DNA of 27,666 bases, taken from contig JAYEKO010000002.1 of the NCBI GenBank assembly GCA_034661055.1, forward strand, positions 1-27,666. Reading direction: 5' to 3'. The DNA comes from Campylobacterota bacterium (GTDB lineage: Bacteria > Campylobacterota > Campylobacteria > Campylobacterales > Sulfurimonadaceae). The position numbers were made by a program, and so were the translations under genes. Under the pieces are notes generated by a model. It was not told where the DNA came from, did not search any database, and saw nothing but the letters and a program-made list of their open reading frames with translations. The number at the start of each line of letters is the position of its first letter. Positions within the stretch are counted from its first letter, which is position 1. This document shows, in pieces, positions 17,534 to 26,938 of the stretch.

Positions 17534-18280
17534 ATGGCAATAGATAAAGAGCGAATAGTAACAGGTGTGCTTCTTTTAGGAGGAGTTTATCTTATTGGTG
17601 TGATTGATAGCTTCTTTTTAACTTGGCTCTTTCTCGGCGTTGTCTATATGCTTGCTTTTTATGAAGCAAATAAACTTTTTGATGTAAAGAATAATTCTCT
17701 CTACTTTTATGCGCTACTGTTGTGGATTGTAGCGAGCATCTATCCTTATGGAGATGATCTCTTTGTTATTGCGGGTGTTGTCTTTGCTTCGGTTGTGGCG
17801 TATACGCAACGATTGGAGTGGAAAAACTTTTTACCATTTCTCTACCCTACAGCAGGAATGCTCTTTACCTTGAGCCTCTATAAAGAGTATGGAATGATAT
17901 CAATGTTATGGCTTCTAGTCGTTGTTGCTTTAGCAGATATTGGTGCTTATGTAGTAGGAAAAAGTATTGGTAAAACACAGTTTTGTGTCACCTCTCCTAA
18001 AAAAACGATGGAAGGGGTTGTTGGAGGGCTTGTCTTCGCAACGATTGGTGGTGCCTTTGTTGGCGGAACTATTATTGACATTGAAAAAGCGGCAATTGTT
18101 TCACTATTTGTAGCTATTGCATCGGTTTTTGGTGATCTTTTTGAGAGTTACTTAAAACGTAAGGCAGGGGTGAAAGATAGTGGAACAATCTTGCCTGGAC
18201 ATGGTGGTGTGCTTGACAGAATAGATGGCTATCTTTTTGGTAGTGTTGTGATGTTGGTGATTTTACGGGGTATCGTTTGA
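17534..18280 (+). CDS. cdsA: Phosphatidate cytidylyltransferase
   Basis: DIGAYVVG, SPKKTMEG, GDLFESYLKRKAGVKDSG and PGHGGVLDRIDG motifs. Confidence 0.95.
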   Translation: MAIDKERIVTGVLLLGGVYLIGVIDSFFLTWLFLGVVYMLAFYEANKLFDVKNNSLYFYALLLWIVASIYPYGDDLFVIAGVVFASVVAYTQRLEWKNFLPFLYPTAGMLFTLSLYKEYGMISMLWLLVVVALADIGAYVVGKSIGKTQFCVTSPKKTMEGVVGGLVFATIGGAFVGGTIIDIEKAAIVSLFVAIASVFGDLFESYLKRKAGVKDSGTILPGHGGVLDRIDGYLFGSVVMLVILRGIV

Positions 18281-19347
18281 TTCTTTTAGGTTCAACAGGT
18301 TCTATAGGGGTTAATACGCTCATAATAGCCACAAAGTTTAATTTACATGTAGATGTCCTTGGCGCAGGCAGAAATATTGAACTTTTAAACATGCAGATTG
18401 CTAAGCATAAGCCACGTATGGTTGTTATCTCTCATGAAGAGGACCGACACAGAGTTAATCACCTAGATGTTCTTGTTGGAGAAAGGGGAGTCCTAGATGC
18501 TATTGAACGCTCTGATTCTACTTTAGTAGTCAATGCAATTGTCGGATTTGCAGGCTTGAAACCTACACTAAAGGCGATAGAGTGCAATAAAAAAATTGCA
18601 CTTGCCAATAAAGAGTCTTTAGTGGCAGGAGGACGTTTTGTAAATACGTCTAATATTCAGCCTATTGACAGTGAACATTTTGGCTTGTGGTATCTGATGC
18701 AAGAGAGTAAACCACTGCAAAAAATGACGATTACTGCAAGTGGTGGCGCTTTTCGTGATTGGCCTATTAATAAATTGCAGAGTGCATCATTTGCAGATGC
18801 ACTCAAGCATCCGAATTGGTCAATGGGACAGAAAATTACTATTGACAGTGCTTCAATGGTCAATAAACTTTTTGAGCTATTAGAGGCTCGCTGGCTTTTT
18901 GGTGAGGGGGAGTATGATGCAATCATTGAAACCCGTTCACTAATTCATGCCCTTATCAATTTTAAAGATGGCTCAACTACGGCGCATATTGCCAATGCAT
19001 CTATGCAACTGCCTATTGCCTATGCTATTAATAGTAATGTAACACAGCAGATTCTAGAGCCGGTAGATTTAGTAAAAGTGGGCTCACTGGAGTTTCGTCA
19101 GATTGAGCAGGCGCGGTATCCGATTTGGCAGATAAAAGATGAGATTTTAAAAGAGCCTGAGCGAGGTGTTGTAATTAATGCAGCAAATGAAGCTGCTATT
19201 GCCAAGTTTATTAACGCTGAGATTGGCTTTTTAGATATTTCAAAATCGATACTATCTGCTTACAATAAATTTACTGACTTGCCTCAGAACATCGATGATC
19301 TCTATACACTTGATGCTGAAATACGAAATTATGTGAGGTTATTATGA
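18277..19347 (+). CDS. dxr: 1-deoxy-D-xylulose 5-phosphate reductoisomerase
   Basis: LGSTGSIG, LANKESLV, PIDSEH, HPNWSMGQKITIDSA and NAANE motifs. TTG start. Confidence 0.97.
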   Translation: MILLGSTGSIGVNTLIIATKFNLHVDVLGAGRNIELLNMQIAKHKPRMVVISHEEDRHRVNHLDVLVGERGVLDAIERSDSTLVVNAIVGFAGLKPTLKAIECNKKIALANKESLVAGGRFVNTSNIQPIDSEHFGLWYLMQESKPLQKMTITASGGAFRDWPINKLQSASFADALKHPNWSMGQKITIDSASMVNKLFELLEARWLFGEGEYDAIIETRSLIHALINFKDGSTTAHIANASMQLPIAYAINSNVTQQILEPVDLVKVGSLEFRQIEQARYPIWQIKDEILKEPERGVVINAANEAAIAKFINAEIGFLDISKSILSAYNKFTDLPQNIDDLYTLDAEIRNYVRLL

Positions 19348-19883
19348 AGTCAAAAGTTCTAATTCTCCACGGCTGGCATGGTTCTGATTCACCCCACTGG
19401 CAAGATTGGCTCTATTATCAGTTAAAAGATGATGGCTATGAGGTCAGTTTTCCACAGCTTAGTGACAATATGAATCCAAAAAAATCGGTGTGGATGCGTG
19501 AAGCTAGCGAGGCGTTTCATGCATTAAAACCAGACATTGTTGTTGCTCACTCTATGGGCAATACATTGTGGTGTCACCTCTGTAATGAAGGTTTAGTTGA
19601 TTCAATAGAGAAGCTGTTAATGGTAGCACCGCCCCGAGACCTGAGCGATTACAAAGAGGTTTCAGAGTTTTTTCCTGTTGGTATAAGTACTCTAAAGGCT
19701 AAAGATGTCTTATTGGTAAGCTCAACGAATGATCCGTATATGAGCACAGCGGAAGCCGCTATATATGCTCGAGCAAATAATATTAAGCAAAAAGTGGTCC
19801 AAGGTGCAGGGCATATAAATGCAGATAGTGGCTATGGAGATTGGCCCTGGGTATTAGAGTGGGTAAAAGAGGCTAAAACGTGA
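19344..19883 (+). CDS. RBBP9/YdeN family alpha/beta hydrolase
   Basis: LHGW...HWQDWL, AHSMG nucleophile elbow, NDPY and [14 protein letters not shown] motifs. Confidence 0.88.
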   Translation: MKSKVLILHGWHGSDSPHWQDWLYYQLKDDGYEVSFPQLSDNMNPKKSVWMREASEAFHALKPDIVVAHSMGNTLWCHLCNEGLVDSIEKLLMVAPPRDLSDYKEVSEFFPVGISTLKAKDVLLVSSTNDPYMSTAEAAIYARANNIKQKVVQGAGHINADSGYGDWPWVLEWVKEAKT

Positions 19884-20857
19884 TACTGAGTATTGAAAGT
19901 AGCTGCGATGATAGCTCTATTGCTATTACAGAGATTTCTACATGTAAATTAATTTATCATAAAAAAATATCCCAAGAAGTTGACCATGCTAAGTATGGTG
20001 GTGTAGTTCCAGAACTTGCTTCACGTTTACATGCAGAGGCGTTACCTAAAATCTTACAAGAGTGTGAATCTTATTTTAGTAAGTTAAAAGCAGTAGCGGT
20101 AACTAATGAGCCGGGTCTAAGTGTTACGTTAATTGAGGGAGTGATGATGGCTAAGGCACTTAGTATCGCTTTAAATATTCCTCTAATTGGTGTTAATCAT
20201 CTTAAAGGGCATATCTATTCACTCTTTATAGAGAAAGAGGAGCGGTTTCCTTTAACAGTGCTCTTGGTCTCAGGCGGTCATACTCAAGTTATTGAAGTTA
20301 AAAGTTTAGATGAGATGCGGACGGTTGCACGTACTATGGATGACAGTTTTGGAGAGAGTTTTGACAAGGTAGCTAAGATGATGGGGCTTGGGTATCCCGG
20401 TGGCCCTGTTATTGAAAAGCTCTCTAAAAGTGGCGACCCTTTAAAGTACAATTTTACAGTACCTCTACATCAATCACCGTTGATTGCTTTTAGTTATTCG
20501 GGACTTAAAAATGCAGTACGATTAGCAGTTGAAGCAGCAGAGCAAGAAGATTATGCAGATATTGCTGCCTCATTTCAGCATATTGCTTCAGCCCATCTGC
20601 TGCAAAAACTCAAAAAGTATTTTAAAACAAATCCGCCGAAGAGGCTTGCTATTGTTGGTGGTGCCAGTGCTAACCTCTATTTAAGAGAGAAGATTAAAGA
20701 ACTTTTAGAACTTTACAGAGGAGAGTTGTTGCTTTCAGAACTGAGGTACTGTTCTGATAATGCGGCTATGATTGGACGTGCTGCTATAGAGATGTACCAA
20801 AAGAAGCAGTTTAGTACTATAGACAATTTACATGTAAATCCAAAATCAAAACTTTAA
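19880..20857 (+). CDS. tsaD: tRNA N6-adenosine threonylcarbamoyltransferase
   Basis: [39 protein letters not shown] and DNAAMIG motifs. Confidence 0.97.
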   Translation: MILSIESSCDDSSIAITEISTCKLIYHKKISQEVDHAKYGGVVPELASRLHAEALPKILQECESYFSKLKAVAVTNEPGLSVTLIEGVMMAKALSIALNIPLIGVNHLKGHIYSLFIEKEERFPLTVLLVSGGHTQVIEVKSLDEMRTVARTMDDSFGESFDKVAKMMGLGYPGGPVIEKLSKSGDPLKYNFTVPLHQSPLIAFSYSGLKNAVRLAVEAAEQEDYADIAASFQHIASAHLLQKLKKYFKTNPPKRLAIVGGASANLYLREKIKELLELYRGELLLSELRYCSDNAAMIGRAAIEMYQKKQFSTIDNLHVNPKSKL

Positions 20858-20960
20858 CTAAACTTAAGCAAAAAGAGCTTTTTGTTAATTAAGACAGTTA
20901 TTATCCGATTTAAGTAAACTTTCGCCATAACAAATAAAAAAATTAAATTAAGGAGCCAAA

Positions 20961-21464
20961 ATGGCAACTACAAAATTCAAAGGTACAGACGTAGAACTAC
21001 TAGGAAATGAAGTAAATGTTGGAGACAAAGCTCCAGAAATTACAGTTGTAAATTCTGATGGTCTTGGTGACGTTACTGTTGGTGGCGCTCAAGGTAAAAA
21101 ACAACTAATTATCGTTGTTCCTTCACTAGATACTGGTGTTTGTGCTACTGAAACTCGTAACTTTAACGCTAAAGCTGCTGATCTTGATGGTGTTATCACT
21201 ACTATTGTTTCTCTTGACCTTCCATTTGCTGCAGGACGTTTTTGTTCAGCTGAAGGTATCAACAACTTAACTGTTACTTCAGATTTCCGTAACAAAGATT
21301 TCGCTAATGCTTATGGTGTACTACTTGGTAGTTCAGTTCTAGCTGGTGTAACTTGTCGTGCAATCTTCGCAGTAAACGAAGAAGGTAATGTAACTTATAA
21401 AGAGATCGTACCTGAGATCACTGAAGAGCCAAACTACGACGCTGCTTTAGCTGCAGTTAAATAG
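20961..21464 (+). CDS. tpx: Thiol peroxidase
   Basis: VPSLDTGVC and SLDLPFAAGRFC motifs, and EPNYDAAL. Strong AAGGAG RBS. Confidence 0.97.
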   Translation: MATTKFKGTDVELLGNEVNVGDKAPEITVVNSDGLGDVTVGGAQGKKQLIIVVPSLDTGVCATETRNFNAKAADLDGVITTIVSLDLPFAAGRFCSAEGINNLTVTSDFRNKDFANAYGVLLGSSVLAGVTCRAIFAVNEEGNVTYKEIVPEITEEPNYDAALAAVK

Positions 21465-21497
21465 TTTTAATTTTATCGATAGACATATAGTTATTTT

Positions 21498-21581
21498 ACA
21501 ATAGTGCTTTATAGCCTTCCCTTATTTCGCAAAAATAGAGCACTACTTCTCTCCTCCATTTAGAGCTTCGGCTCTATTTTT
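21498..21581 (+). ncRNA. Candidate small RNA or structured 3' UTR downstream of tpx
   Basis: An 11-bp stem (21502-21512/21535-21545) with a CCTTCCCTT loop, a CTTCTCTCCTCC linker, then a terminator. The 5' end is a guess. Confidence 0.45.
21561..21581 (+). terminator. Rho-independent terminator
   Basis: TAGAGC-TTCG-GCTCTA followed by TTTTT (cUUCGg tetraloop). Confidence 0.8.
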
Positions 21582-21637
21582 AAAGCTTTTTCATTATATA
21601 TCTGCTATAGTACATCTAACTTATTATAGGACTATTT

Positions 21638-22399
21638 ATGCAAAAAATTCTTTTATCAACAGCCGCAATCTCACTATTGTTAACTTCACTTAGTGCAGAT
21701 ATGATTAGAATAGAAGGGGCAGTGGGCTCATGGAATGCTGAACCATCTGGAACTATGAATTATGAGGGTAGTCAAAAATTTAGCCTAGATGACACTTTAG
21801 GGTATGACACTGAGAATATTACCTATGCATGGCTTCTATTTAAACACCCGATTCCGATTATTCCAAACTTACGTTTAGAGTATAATAATTTAGGTTACTC
21901 AGGGATTAGTAATGATGCGTTCTCATGGGAAGGTGAAGATATTGGAGTGGGTTCAACATCTAGTTTAGACTTGACACATTATGATGCTATTTTGTATTAC
22001 AATATTTTAGATAATACCGCATGGACAACGGTTGATCTTGGACTTGGCACAAAGTATATTGATGGAGCATTTGATATTAGTGACCCAAGTGATGGTTATA
22101 CCTATAGCTCAAACGACAGTATTATATTGCCAATGATCTATGCAAGAGGACGAGTTGAAGTCCCAATGACTGGTTTAGGTCTTGAAGCAGATATTAAATG
22201 GATTGGTTACGGGGGTGCTAACGCATACGATTTTAGAGTCAAGGCAGACTATACATTGGATATTTTCATTGTAGAACCATTACTAGAAATTGGTTACAGA
22301 ACTTTATCACTTAATATTGATGCTGAAGATTTGGATATGAATGCCGACACAGATATTGAGTTTTCAGGTCTCTATTTTGGAGTTGGTGTACAATTTTAA
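21638..22399 (+). CDS. Outer membrane beta-barrel protein (TIGR04219-like)
   Basis: Signal peptide, KHPIPIIPNLRLEY, DAILYYNILDN, amphipathic strands and a C-terminal GVQF. TGcTATAGT promoter at 21603-21611. Confidence 0.82.
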   Translation: MQKILLSTAAISLLLTSLSADMIRIEGAVGSWNAEPSGTMNYEGSQKFSLDDTLGYDTENITYAWLLFKHPIPIIPNLRLEYNNLGYSGISNDAFSWEGEDIGVGSTSSLDLTHYDAILYYNILDNTAWTTVDLGLGTKYIDGAFDISDPSDGYTYSSNDSIILPMIYARGRVEVPMTGLGLEADIKWIGYGGANAYDFRVKADYTLDIFIVEPLLEIGYRTLSLNIDAEDLDMNADTDIEFSGLYFGVGVQF

Positions 22400-23034
22400 T
22401 TTAGCGTAATTACTACTTTACCGCTATGTTTTTTAAGCTCATAGTGGTATTTTCCATCTAACCCCACTACAATTCTGTAGTAATCTGAATGATTTCCATA
22501 TTTTATTATAGTAAATGGTCTGCTTTTTAGAGGAATATTTTTACTTTTAACGCGACTGTCTCTTTTAAAATCTAATACAACTCTATGTGGATTAATTAAC
22601 ATAAAGTGGCGTAAAAGTTTATCGTTAGTAATGAGTGCAATACTGTTCTTTGCAATTGAGTAGTTAATAAAGTCACTGATACGATGAATTTTTTCTCTGT
22701 TGTCTATGCTCTGCTTGTCTGGTTTAGCTGAGTCTTTATTGGTATTGTTGTAAGACTGTGAGATAAAGACAGGAACATGCCAATCAACATTATGATCTAG
22801 CGTAATTGATTTTGTTTCTAAGGAACCATCTAGGTTTTGGTATTTAATAGTAACTTGCTTTAGGATCCTCGCACTGTCAGGTAGTGTTAAAGCACTACGT
22901 TTAAGTTGAGGACGTCTGTTTACGCTATTGGATGAAATTGGCAAATCTTCAATACCTTCAGAAGGGAAGAACGGGTTCTCTCTAGCTAAGGCTAAGGAGC
23001 TAATGATAAGACAAGAGAGTAAAACTTTTTTCAT
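22396..23034 (-). CDS. Periplasmic AMIN-domain protein
   Basis: Signal peptide then ARENPF, LPDSARILK, PHRVVLDF and HSDYYRIVVGLDG. Typical position downstream of eno in Campylobacterota. Confidence 0.85.
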   Translation of the reverse strand: MKKVLLSCLIISSLALARENPFFPSEGIEDLPISSNSVNRRPQLKRSALTLPDSARILKQVTIKYQNLDGSLETKSITLDHNVDWHVPVFISQSYNNTNKDSAKPDKQSIDNREKIHRISDFINYSIAKNSIALITNDKLLRHFMLINPHRVVLDFKRDSRVKSKNIPLKSRPFTIIKYGNHSDYYRIVVGLDGKYHYELKKHSGKVVITLN

Positions 23035-23051
23035 CTTGTTATTATAGCGAA

Positions 23052-23345
23052 CTATTCCAGATTACTGTCGGCCTGTAAGCCTTTAAGCTCAAAGTACTCT
23101 TTTTGAAGGTTAGAGTTTTCAATTTTTAGGCGATCAGTCTCACTTATGAGATAATCCTCATACTCCTCTAGTTGAAAAAGAACTTCTAAGGAGTTTTCAC
23201 CAAAAAGTAAAATACCAATATAGATGCCCAAGAAGACAACAAGAAATAGTGCAACAAAGAGTTTAGACCAAGAGAGTCCAAAATATTGCTCAGGTACACT
23301 TTGGGAGTCTTCTACCTCTTCGTATAAATCACTCTCTTGCTGCAT
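23052..23345 (-). CDS. FtsB/septum formation initiator-like protein
   Basis: A single TM followed by LLFGENSL and a coiled coil ENSNLQKEYFELK. Immediately downstream of eno. Confidence 0.7.
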   Translation of the reverse strand: MQQESDLYEEVEDSQSVPEQYFGLSWSKLFVALFLVVFLGIYIGILLFGENSLEVLFQLEEYEDYLISETDRLKIENSNLQKEYFELKGLQADSNLE

Positions 23346-23350
23346 GGGAG

Positions 23351-24619
23351 TTAGTTAAATAGTGCTTGACCTAAATATTCACCATAGACCAGTTCATTTT
23401 CTATCTCTAGGAGACGGTTATATTTAGCGGTTCGCTCTCCACGAGCAGTTGAACCAGTTTTTATCTCACCACAGTTAAGTGCTACAGCAAAATCTGCAAT
23501 AAAAGCGTCTTCACTCTCACCTGAACGGTGACTCATAACACACGTGTAGCCATTGCGTTGTGCTAAACGTACTGTAAGCATTGTCTCGCTTACTGAACCA
23601 ATCTGATTTGGTTTGATTAAGATAGAGTTAGCAATATCTTTTTCAATCCCTTCATTTAAAATACTTGCATTAGTAACAAATAGGTCGTCACCGACTAGCT
23701 GTACTTTATGAGCAAGTTTTTCAGTAAGTATCTTCCATCCTGCCCAATCATCTTCATCGAGACCATCTTCTATTGAGACAATAGGATATTTAGAGCATAA
23801 ATCTACGTAGTAATCTACTAGCTCTTCAGAAGTGATTGCTCTATTTTCAGAGTCCAAACGGTACTTGCCATCAATGTAAATCTCAGAGGCTGCAACATCA
23901 AGTGCAATTGCCATCTGCTCACCAGGTTTGTACCCAGCTGCTTCGATAGCTTGCATAATAACTTGAATTGGCTCTTCATTTGAGCTCAAGTCTGGTGCAA
24001 AACCACCTTCATCTCCTAATGCTGTATTGTGATTAGAATCTTTTAGAATTTTCTTAAGGTTATGGTACACCTCTGCAGATGCTTGCAGAGACTCTGAGAA
24101 ATCTTCAAAGCCAACAGGCATAATCATGTATTCTTGAAAATCTACTGAATTATCAGCATGTGAACCACCATTAATGATGTTTAACATTGGAGTTGGCATA
24201 ACCATAGCATTGGCGCCACCAAGGTAACGGTACAGTGGCATACCTAAACTTTTTGCCGCCGCACGCGCCACGGCCATAGAGACACCAAGTACCGAGTTAG
24301 CACCTAAATTACCGTAGTTCTGAGTTGCATCAAGTTCTTTCATTGTTGCATCAACTACTGCCTGGTTAAATGGGCTTAATCCAATTAGTTCATCTGCTAT
24401 CTGGTTGTTAACATTGGCAACTGCTGTAAGAACACCTTTGCCCATGTAGCGGTCGCCACCATCACGAAGTTCTAGTGCCTCACGTTTACCAGTGCTTGCT
24501 CCACTAGGAACGATTGCTGAAGCCTCTGTTCCATCACTTAGTGTTACACTTGCTTTTACTGTAGGATTTCCACGAGAATCCATCACCTCAATCGCTGTTA
24601 CGTTGTCTATAAATATCAT
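23351..24619 (-). CDS. eno: Enolase
   Basis: [33 protein letters not shown] and SHRSGESED motifs. Confidence 0.99.
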   Translation of the reverse strand: MIFIDNVTAIEVMDSRGNPTVKASVTLSDGTEASAIVPSGASTGKREALELRDGGDRYMGKGVLTAVANVNNQIADELIGLSPFNQAVVDATMKELDATQNYGNLGANSVLGVSMAVARAAAKSLGMPLYRYLGGANAMVMPTPMLNIINGGSHADNSVDFQEYMIMPVGFEDFSESLQASAEVYHNLKKILKDSNHNTALGDEGGFAPDLSSNEEPIQVIMQAIEAAGYKPGEQMAIALDVAASEIYIDGKYRLDSENRAITSEELVDYYVDLCSKYPIVSIEDGLDEDDWAGWKILTEKLAHKVQLVGDDLFVTNASILNEGIEKDIANSILIKPNQIGSVSETMLTVRLAQRNGYTCVMSHRSGESEDAFIADFAVALNCGEIKTGSTARGERTAKYNRLLEIENELVYGEYLGQALFN

Positions 24620-25653
24620 TCATCTGCCTCATTAATTTCATCGCCGTCCATGACCATTATATTGCTCATGCCCATAGCGACTTTGATTTTGTTTTCAATT
24701 TCTAATGCTAGTTCTGGTTCATCTTTAAATTTCTGCTTAACGTTTTCACGTCCTTGTCCAAGTTTGGTGTCTTCATAGCTAAACCACGCACCGCTTTTGT
24801 CTATTATATCTAATTTTACACCATAATCAACTAATTCACCCTCTTTTGAGATACCTTCTCCAAACATTATGTCAAATTCTGCCAATCTAAATGGGGGTGC
24901 GACCTTATTCTTAATTACTTTTGCTTTTACACGGTTACCAATTTGACTCTCACCCTGTTTAAGCGTTGCGATTTTTCGGACATCAATACGTACCGAGGCA
25001 TAAAATTTTAGTGCATTCCCGCCGGTAGTTGTCTCAGGAGAGCCATATCCCATCATTCCAATTTTCATACGAATTTGATTAATGAAAATAACCGTACAGT
25101 TCATTTTATGTAGAACACCGGTAAGTTTTCGAAGTGCTTTTGACATAAGACGTGCTTGAACACCGACTTGCTGGTCTGTCATCTCGCCATCTATCTCTAC
25201 TTTTGGTGTGAGTGCTGCAACAGAATCAATAACAATCAAATCTACTGCACCACTACGGGCAATGGTCTCAACAATATCAAGCGCTTGTTCACCGTAGTCA
25301 GGTTGCGATACTAAAAGATTTTCAACATCTACACCTAGATTTTTAGCATAGGCGACATCAAGGGCATGCTCTGCATCAATAAAAGCACAGACACCACCTT
25401 TTTTTTGACTCTCAGCAGTAATTTGAAGTGCTAAAGTCGTCTTACCTGAACTCTCTGGTCCATAGACTTCAATGACACGTCCTTCAGGAACACCACCAAC
25501 TCCAAGTGCTAAGTCTAAGCCAATTGAACCGGTACTAATAGACTCAATAGGAACAATCTCTTTGTCTCCTAGTCGCATTAAAACACCTTTTCCAAAGGCT
25601 TTATCTATCTGTTTCATTGCCAGATCTAGTGATTTTTGTTTATTTGCATCCAT
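24616..25653 (-). CDS. recA: Recombinase RecA
   Basis: [18 protein letters not shown] and [12 protein letters not shown] motifs. Start is ATG 25653 (MDANKQ) with an AGGA RBS. Confidence 0.99.
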   Translation of the reverse strand: MDANKQKSLDLAMKQIDKAFGKGVLMRLGDKEIVPIESISTGSIGLDLALGVGGVPEGRVIEVYGPESSGKTTLALQITAESQKKGGVCAFIDAEHALDVAYAKNLGVDVENLLVSQPDYGEQALDIVETIARSGAVDLIVIDSVAALTPKVEIDGEMTDQQVGVQARLMSKALRKLTGVLHKMNCTVIFINQIRMKIGMMGYGSPETTTGGNALKFYASVRIDVRKIATLKQGESQIGNRVKAKVIKNKVAPPFRLAEFDIMFGEGISKEGELVDYGVKLDIIDKSGAWFSYEDTKLGQGRENVKQKFKDEPELALEIENKIKVAMGMSNIMVMDGDEINEADE

Positions 25654-25681
25654 TGCTGTATTCCTATTTCTGTATTTATTA

Positions 25682-25734
25682 TTAGTATTATATGACAAAT
25701 TGAAATGTTAGTATAAAATATGACAAATTGAAAT
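25682..25734. repeat. Tandem direct repeat in the recA/mqnD divergent promoter
   Basis: ATATGACAAATTGAAAT at 25690-25706 and 25718-25734, each preceded by TTAGTAT. Confidence 0.85.
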
Positions 25735-25808
25735 ATTTTTAAAATTTGTCTGCAATTTTATCCTTTTTGAGTTAAAATCTAATTGATTTTAAATTATTAG
25801 GACTCCAC

Positions 25809-26672
25809 TTGAAAAATATGTTAATTGCCCACTCTCCTGATGCTGATGATATCTTTATGTATTATGCCATTAAATTTGGTTGGATTGGCATGAAAGGGGT
25901 TCAGTTTGACAACTTGGCTTTAGATATTGAGACACTTAATGTTGAGGCACTTAAAGGAACCTACGATATTAGTGCCATAAGCTTTGCGCTCTATCCACAC
26001 ATTAAAGATGACTATGCAATGTTGCGTACCGCAGTAAGTTTTGGAGAGGGTTATGGACCTAAGCTTATTAAGAGAAAAGGCGTAGAACTTAAGCGTCGTT
26101 TTAAGGTAGCCCTGAGCGGAAAATATACCACGAATGCGATGCTGTTTCGTATTGCTTATCCCGATGCTAAAATTGTCTACATGAATTTTTTAGATATAGA
26201 AGATGCTGTAAAAAATTGTGATGTAGATGCTGGTGTTTTAATTCATGAGAGTATTTTAACTTTTGCAGATACATTAGAAGTGGAGCGTGAAATGTGGGAT
26301 ATCTGGCAAGAGTTGGCTGGAAAAGAGTTACCACTGCCTCTTGGTGGTATGGCAATTCGTCGTTCTCTGCCGCTGACATCTGCTATTGCTTATGAGCAGA
26401 CACTTATTGATGCGGTTAAAATTGCACGAGATCATAAAGAGAAACTCTCAGAGATGTTGATTGAACGTGATTTGGTACGTATTGATGCAGAGACGTTAGA
26501 CAAGTATTTAGAACTCTATGCTAATGATGAGTCTATTGAGTTGAGTGAACTACAGATGAAAGCAATCGATAAACTTTTTGAATTAGGGTATAAACATGGA
26601 TTCTATGATGAAGAATTACATGTAAATGACTACCTGATTCCTAAAGAGTATGATGGACTTAGGAACAGTTAA
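25809..26672 (+). CDS. mqnD: MqnA/MqnD family menaquinone biosynthesis protein (futalosine pathway)
   Basis: AHSPDADDIFM, DIETLN, SFGEGYGP, GVLIHE and LPLPLGG motifs. TTG start. Confidence 0.88.
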   Translation: MKNMLIAHSPDADDIFMYYAIKFGWIGMKGVQFDNLALDIETLNVEALKGTYDISAISFALYPHIKDDYAMLRTAVSFGEGYGPKLIKRKGVELKRRFKVALSGKYTTNAMLFRIAYPDAKIVYMNFLDIEDAVKNCDVDAGVLIHESILTFADTLEVEREMWDIWQELAGKELPLPLGGMAIRRSLPLTSAIAYEQTLIDAVKIARDHKEKLSEMLIERDLVRIDAETLDKYLELYANDESIELSELQMKAIDKLFELGYKHGFYDEELHVNDYLIPKEYDGLRNS

Positions 26673-26938
26673 TGGAATCAGAGTTTATATCTCTTGGTGT
26701 TAAGACTTTTCAAATTGCACTAAAACTTGCGCTCCCTGGACTTTTAGTCGGTATGCTTTTGGGGCTTGCTGTTAGTATTTTTCAAGCTACTACTCAAATT
26801 AATGAGATGACACTGAGTTTTATTCCAAAGATTATTGGCGTAGTTGTTATTATTATTTTAACAATGCCGTGGATGCTTAACAGTATGTATGACTTTGCAA
26901 CTGATATTTTTAATTTAATTCCTACTTTTGTGCAATGA
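26672..26938 (+). CDS. fliQ: Flagellar export protein FliQ
   Basis: GLAVSIFQATTQINEMTLSFIPKI motif. 88 aa. Confidence 0.97.
   Translation: MESEFISLGVKTFQIALKLALPGLLVGMLLGLAVSIFQATTQINEMTLSFIPKIIGVVVIIILTMPWMLNSMYDFATDIFNLIPTFVQ

Larger units (their letters stand above)
90..26624. repeat. Dispersed palindrome TACATGTA (consensus TTACATGTAA), 17 copies
   Basis: Octamer starts read by eye: 90, 1032, 2388, 4631, 4980, 8990, 9232, 9871, 11389, 13442, 13846, 15342, 15914, 18344, 19939, 20829, 26617. Confidence 0.9.

Noticed and set aside
90..26624. TACATGTA as CRISPR/REP/MITE repeats or as the operator of one regulon
   Set aside because: Spacing is irregular, there is no homology beyond about 14 bp, and most copies are inside functionally unrelated coding sequences.
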